Shown here: positions 63,224-64,000 of the stretch, piece by piece
Layout: each line of letters begins with the position of its first letter
Numbering within the stretch: position 1 is the first letter of the stretch
Source: Paraspadella gotoi
Taxonomy: Eukaryota; Animalia; Chaetognatha
Direction of reading: 5' to 3'
Length of the DNA: 64,000 nt
Assembly: GCA_051294375.1 (NCBI GenBank)
Contig: CM119265.1
Location: 23,366,776-23,430,775, forward strand
Position numbers and translations under genes: made by a program
The notes under the pieces: model-generated
What the model was told of the DNA's origin: nothing
Databases searched by the model: none
Seen by the model: only the letters and a program-made list of their open reading frames with translations

Positions 63224-63519
63224 TATTGGTTGATTGATCGATTGATCGATTGATTGATTGATTGATTGATCGACTGATCCATTTCCTCCTCAACCTCACC
63301 CCAAAGAGTCCTCCACTCCATCGTCGATCGAGTTGGCCCGACTTCTCGAAGAGACGTTCATCCTTGACGGCGTCCGGTTCGACGCCCTCTTGGCCGCCTC
63401 CACCTTGACGTGGGCGTCGTCGATCGCTCTTTCCAGGCGGAAGATGTCGCCTTCCAAAGTCTTTCCGGGATCGAACTCCTCGTCGACGCCGGCGACGTCT
63501 TCGCCGGCCGCTTTTATGC
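59374..63519 (-). CDS. Gap-interrupted exons of one or more low-complexity (Asn/Gln/Pro-rich, coiled-coil) genes
   Basis: Exon-like GC-rich blocks with donors after ...VEDSLG (gtgagg, ~63299) and ...KQLKEALQ (gtgagg, ~59373), and an acceptor near 63033. No family recognised. Confidence 0.35.
61667..61937. repeat. ~61-bp direct repeat on both sides of a gap (tandem array or contig overlap)
   Basis: AATCATCACTGAGTCCCACA...GAGTCGGAAA at 61667-61727 and 61877-61937. Confidence 0.8.
63145..63279. repeat. (GATT)n intronic microsatellite
   Basis: Imperfect GATT array. Similar arrays occur at ~26110-26270, ~30330-30490 and ~51780-51890. Confidence 0.9.
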
Positions 63520-64000
63520 NNNNNNNNNNNNNNNNNNNNNNNNNNNNNNNNNNNNNNNNNNNNNNNNNNNNNNNNNNNNNNNNNNNNNNNNNNNNNNNNN
63601 NNNNNNNNNNNNNNNNNNNNNNNNNNNNNNNNNNNNNNNNNNNNNNNNNNNNNNNNNNNNNNNNNNNNNNNNNNNNNNNNNNNNNNNNNNNNNNNNNNNN
63701 NNNNNNNNNNNNNNNNNNNNNNNNNNNNNNNNNNNNNNNNNNNNNNNNNNNNNNNNNNNNNNNNNNNNNNNNNNNNNNNNNNNNNNNNNNNNNNNNNNNN
63801 NNNNNNNNNNNNNNNNNNNNNNNNNNNNNNNNNNNNNNNNNNNNNNNNNNNNNNNNNNNNNNNNNNNNNNNNNNNNNNNNNNNNNNNNNNNNNNNNNNNN
63901 NNNNNNNNNNNNNNNNNNNNNNNNNNNNNNNNNNNNNNNNNNNNNNNNNNNNNNNNAGCCCGTCGTAATCCTGCTGCACCGAAACGAAGACCCCGCGCTG

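Overview
This is an AT-rich eukaryotic (probably invertebrate) scaffold with many N-gaps. It is made almost entirely of nested mobile elements and short-intron orphan genes; I see no rRNA, tRNA or CRISPR array. The main structure is a Polinton/Maverick-type element at 3049-47611. It has ~300-350 bp terminal inverted repeats (5'-AGAG...CTCT-3') and a 6-bp target-site duplication (ATAACC), and is about 15.8 kb once the nested block 5234-34004 is removed. Its genes carry spliceosomal introns. The protein-primed PolB (34769-40031, minus strand) has at least six GT-AG introns, two of which split catalytic motifs A (YLDAN/ALY) and C (LT/DTDS). It also encodes an intact five-exon mucin-like type I membrane protein, several spliced orphans and a Ty3/Gypsy-type integrase, but no capsid, packaging ATPase or protease that I can recognise. 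Nested inside are copies of a Ty3/Gypsy LTR retrotransposon (four ~460-bp LTRs, tRNA-Arg-like PBS, PPT, gag-pol). Between pol and the 3' LTR it carries an antisense, multi-intron gene for a predicted signal-peptide/Thr-rich-stalk/transmembrane protein. Also nested are two inverted copies of a ~4.8-kb long-TIR DNA element and a related foldback MITE. Many ORFs are frameshifted (decay or sequencing error), and some of the nesting could be an assembly artefact. All exon models were derived by eye.
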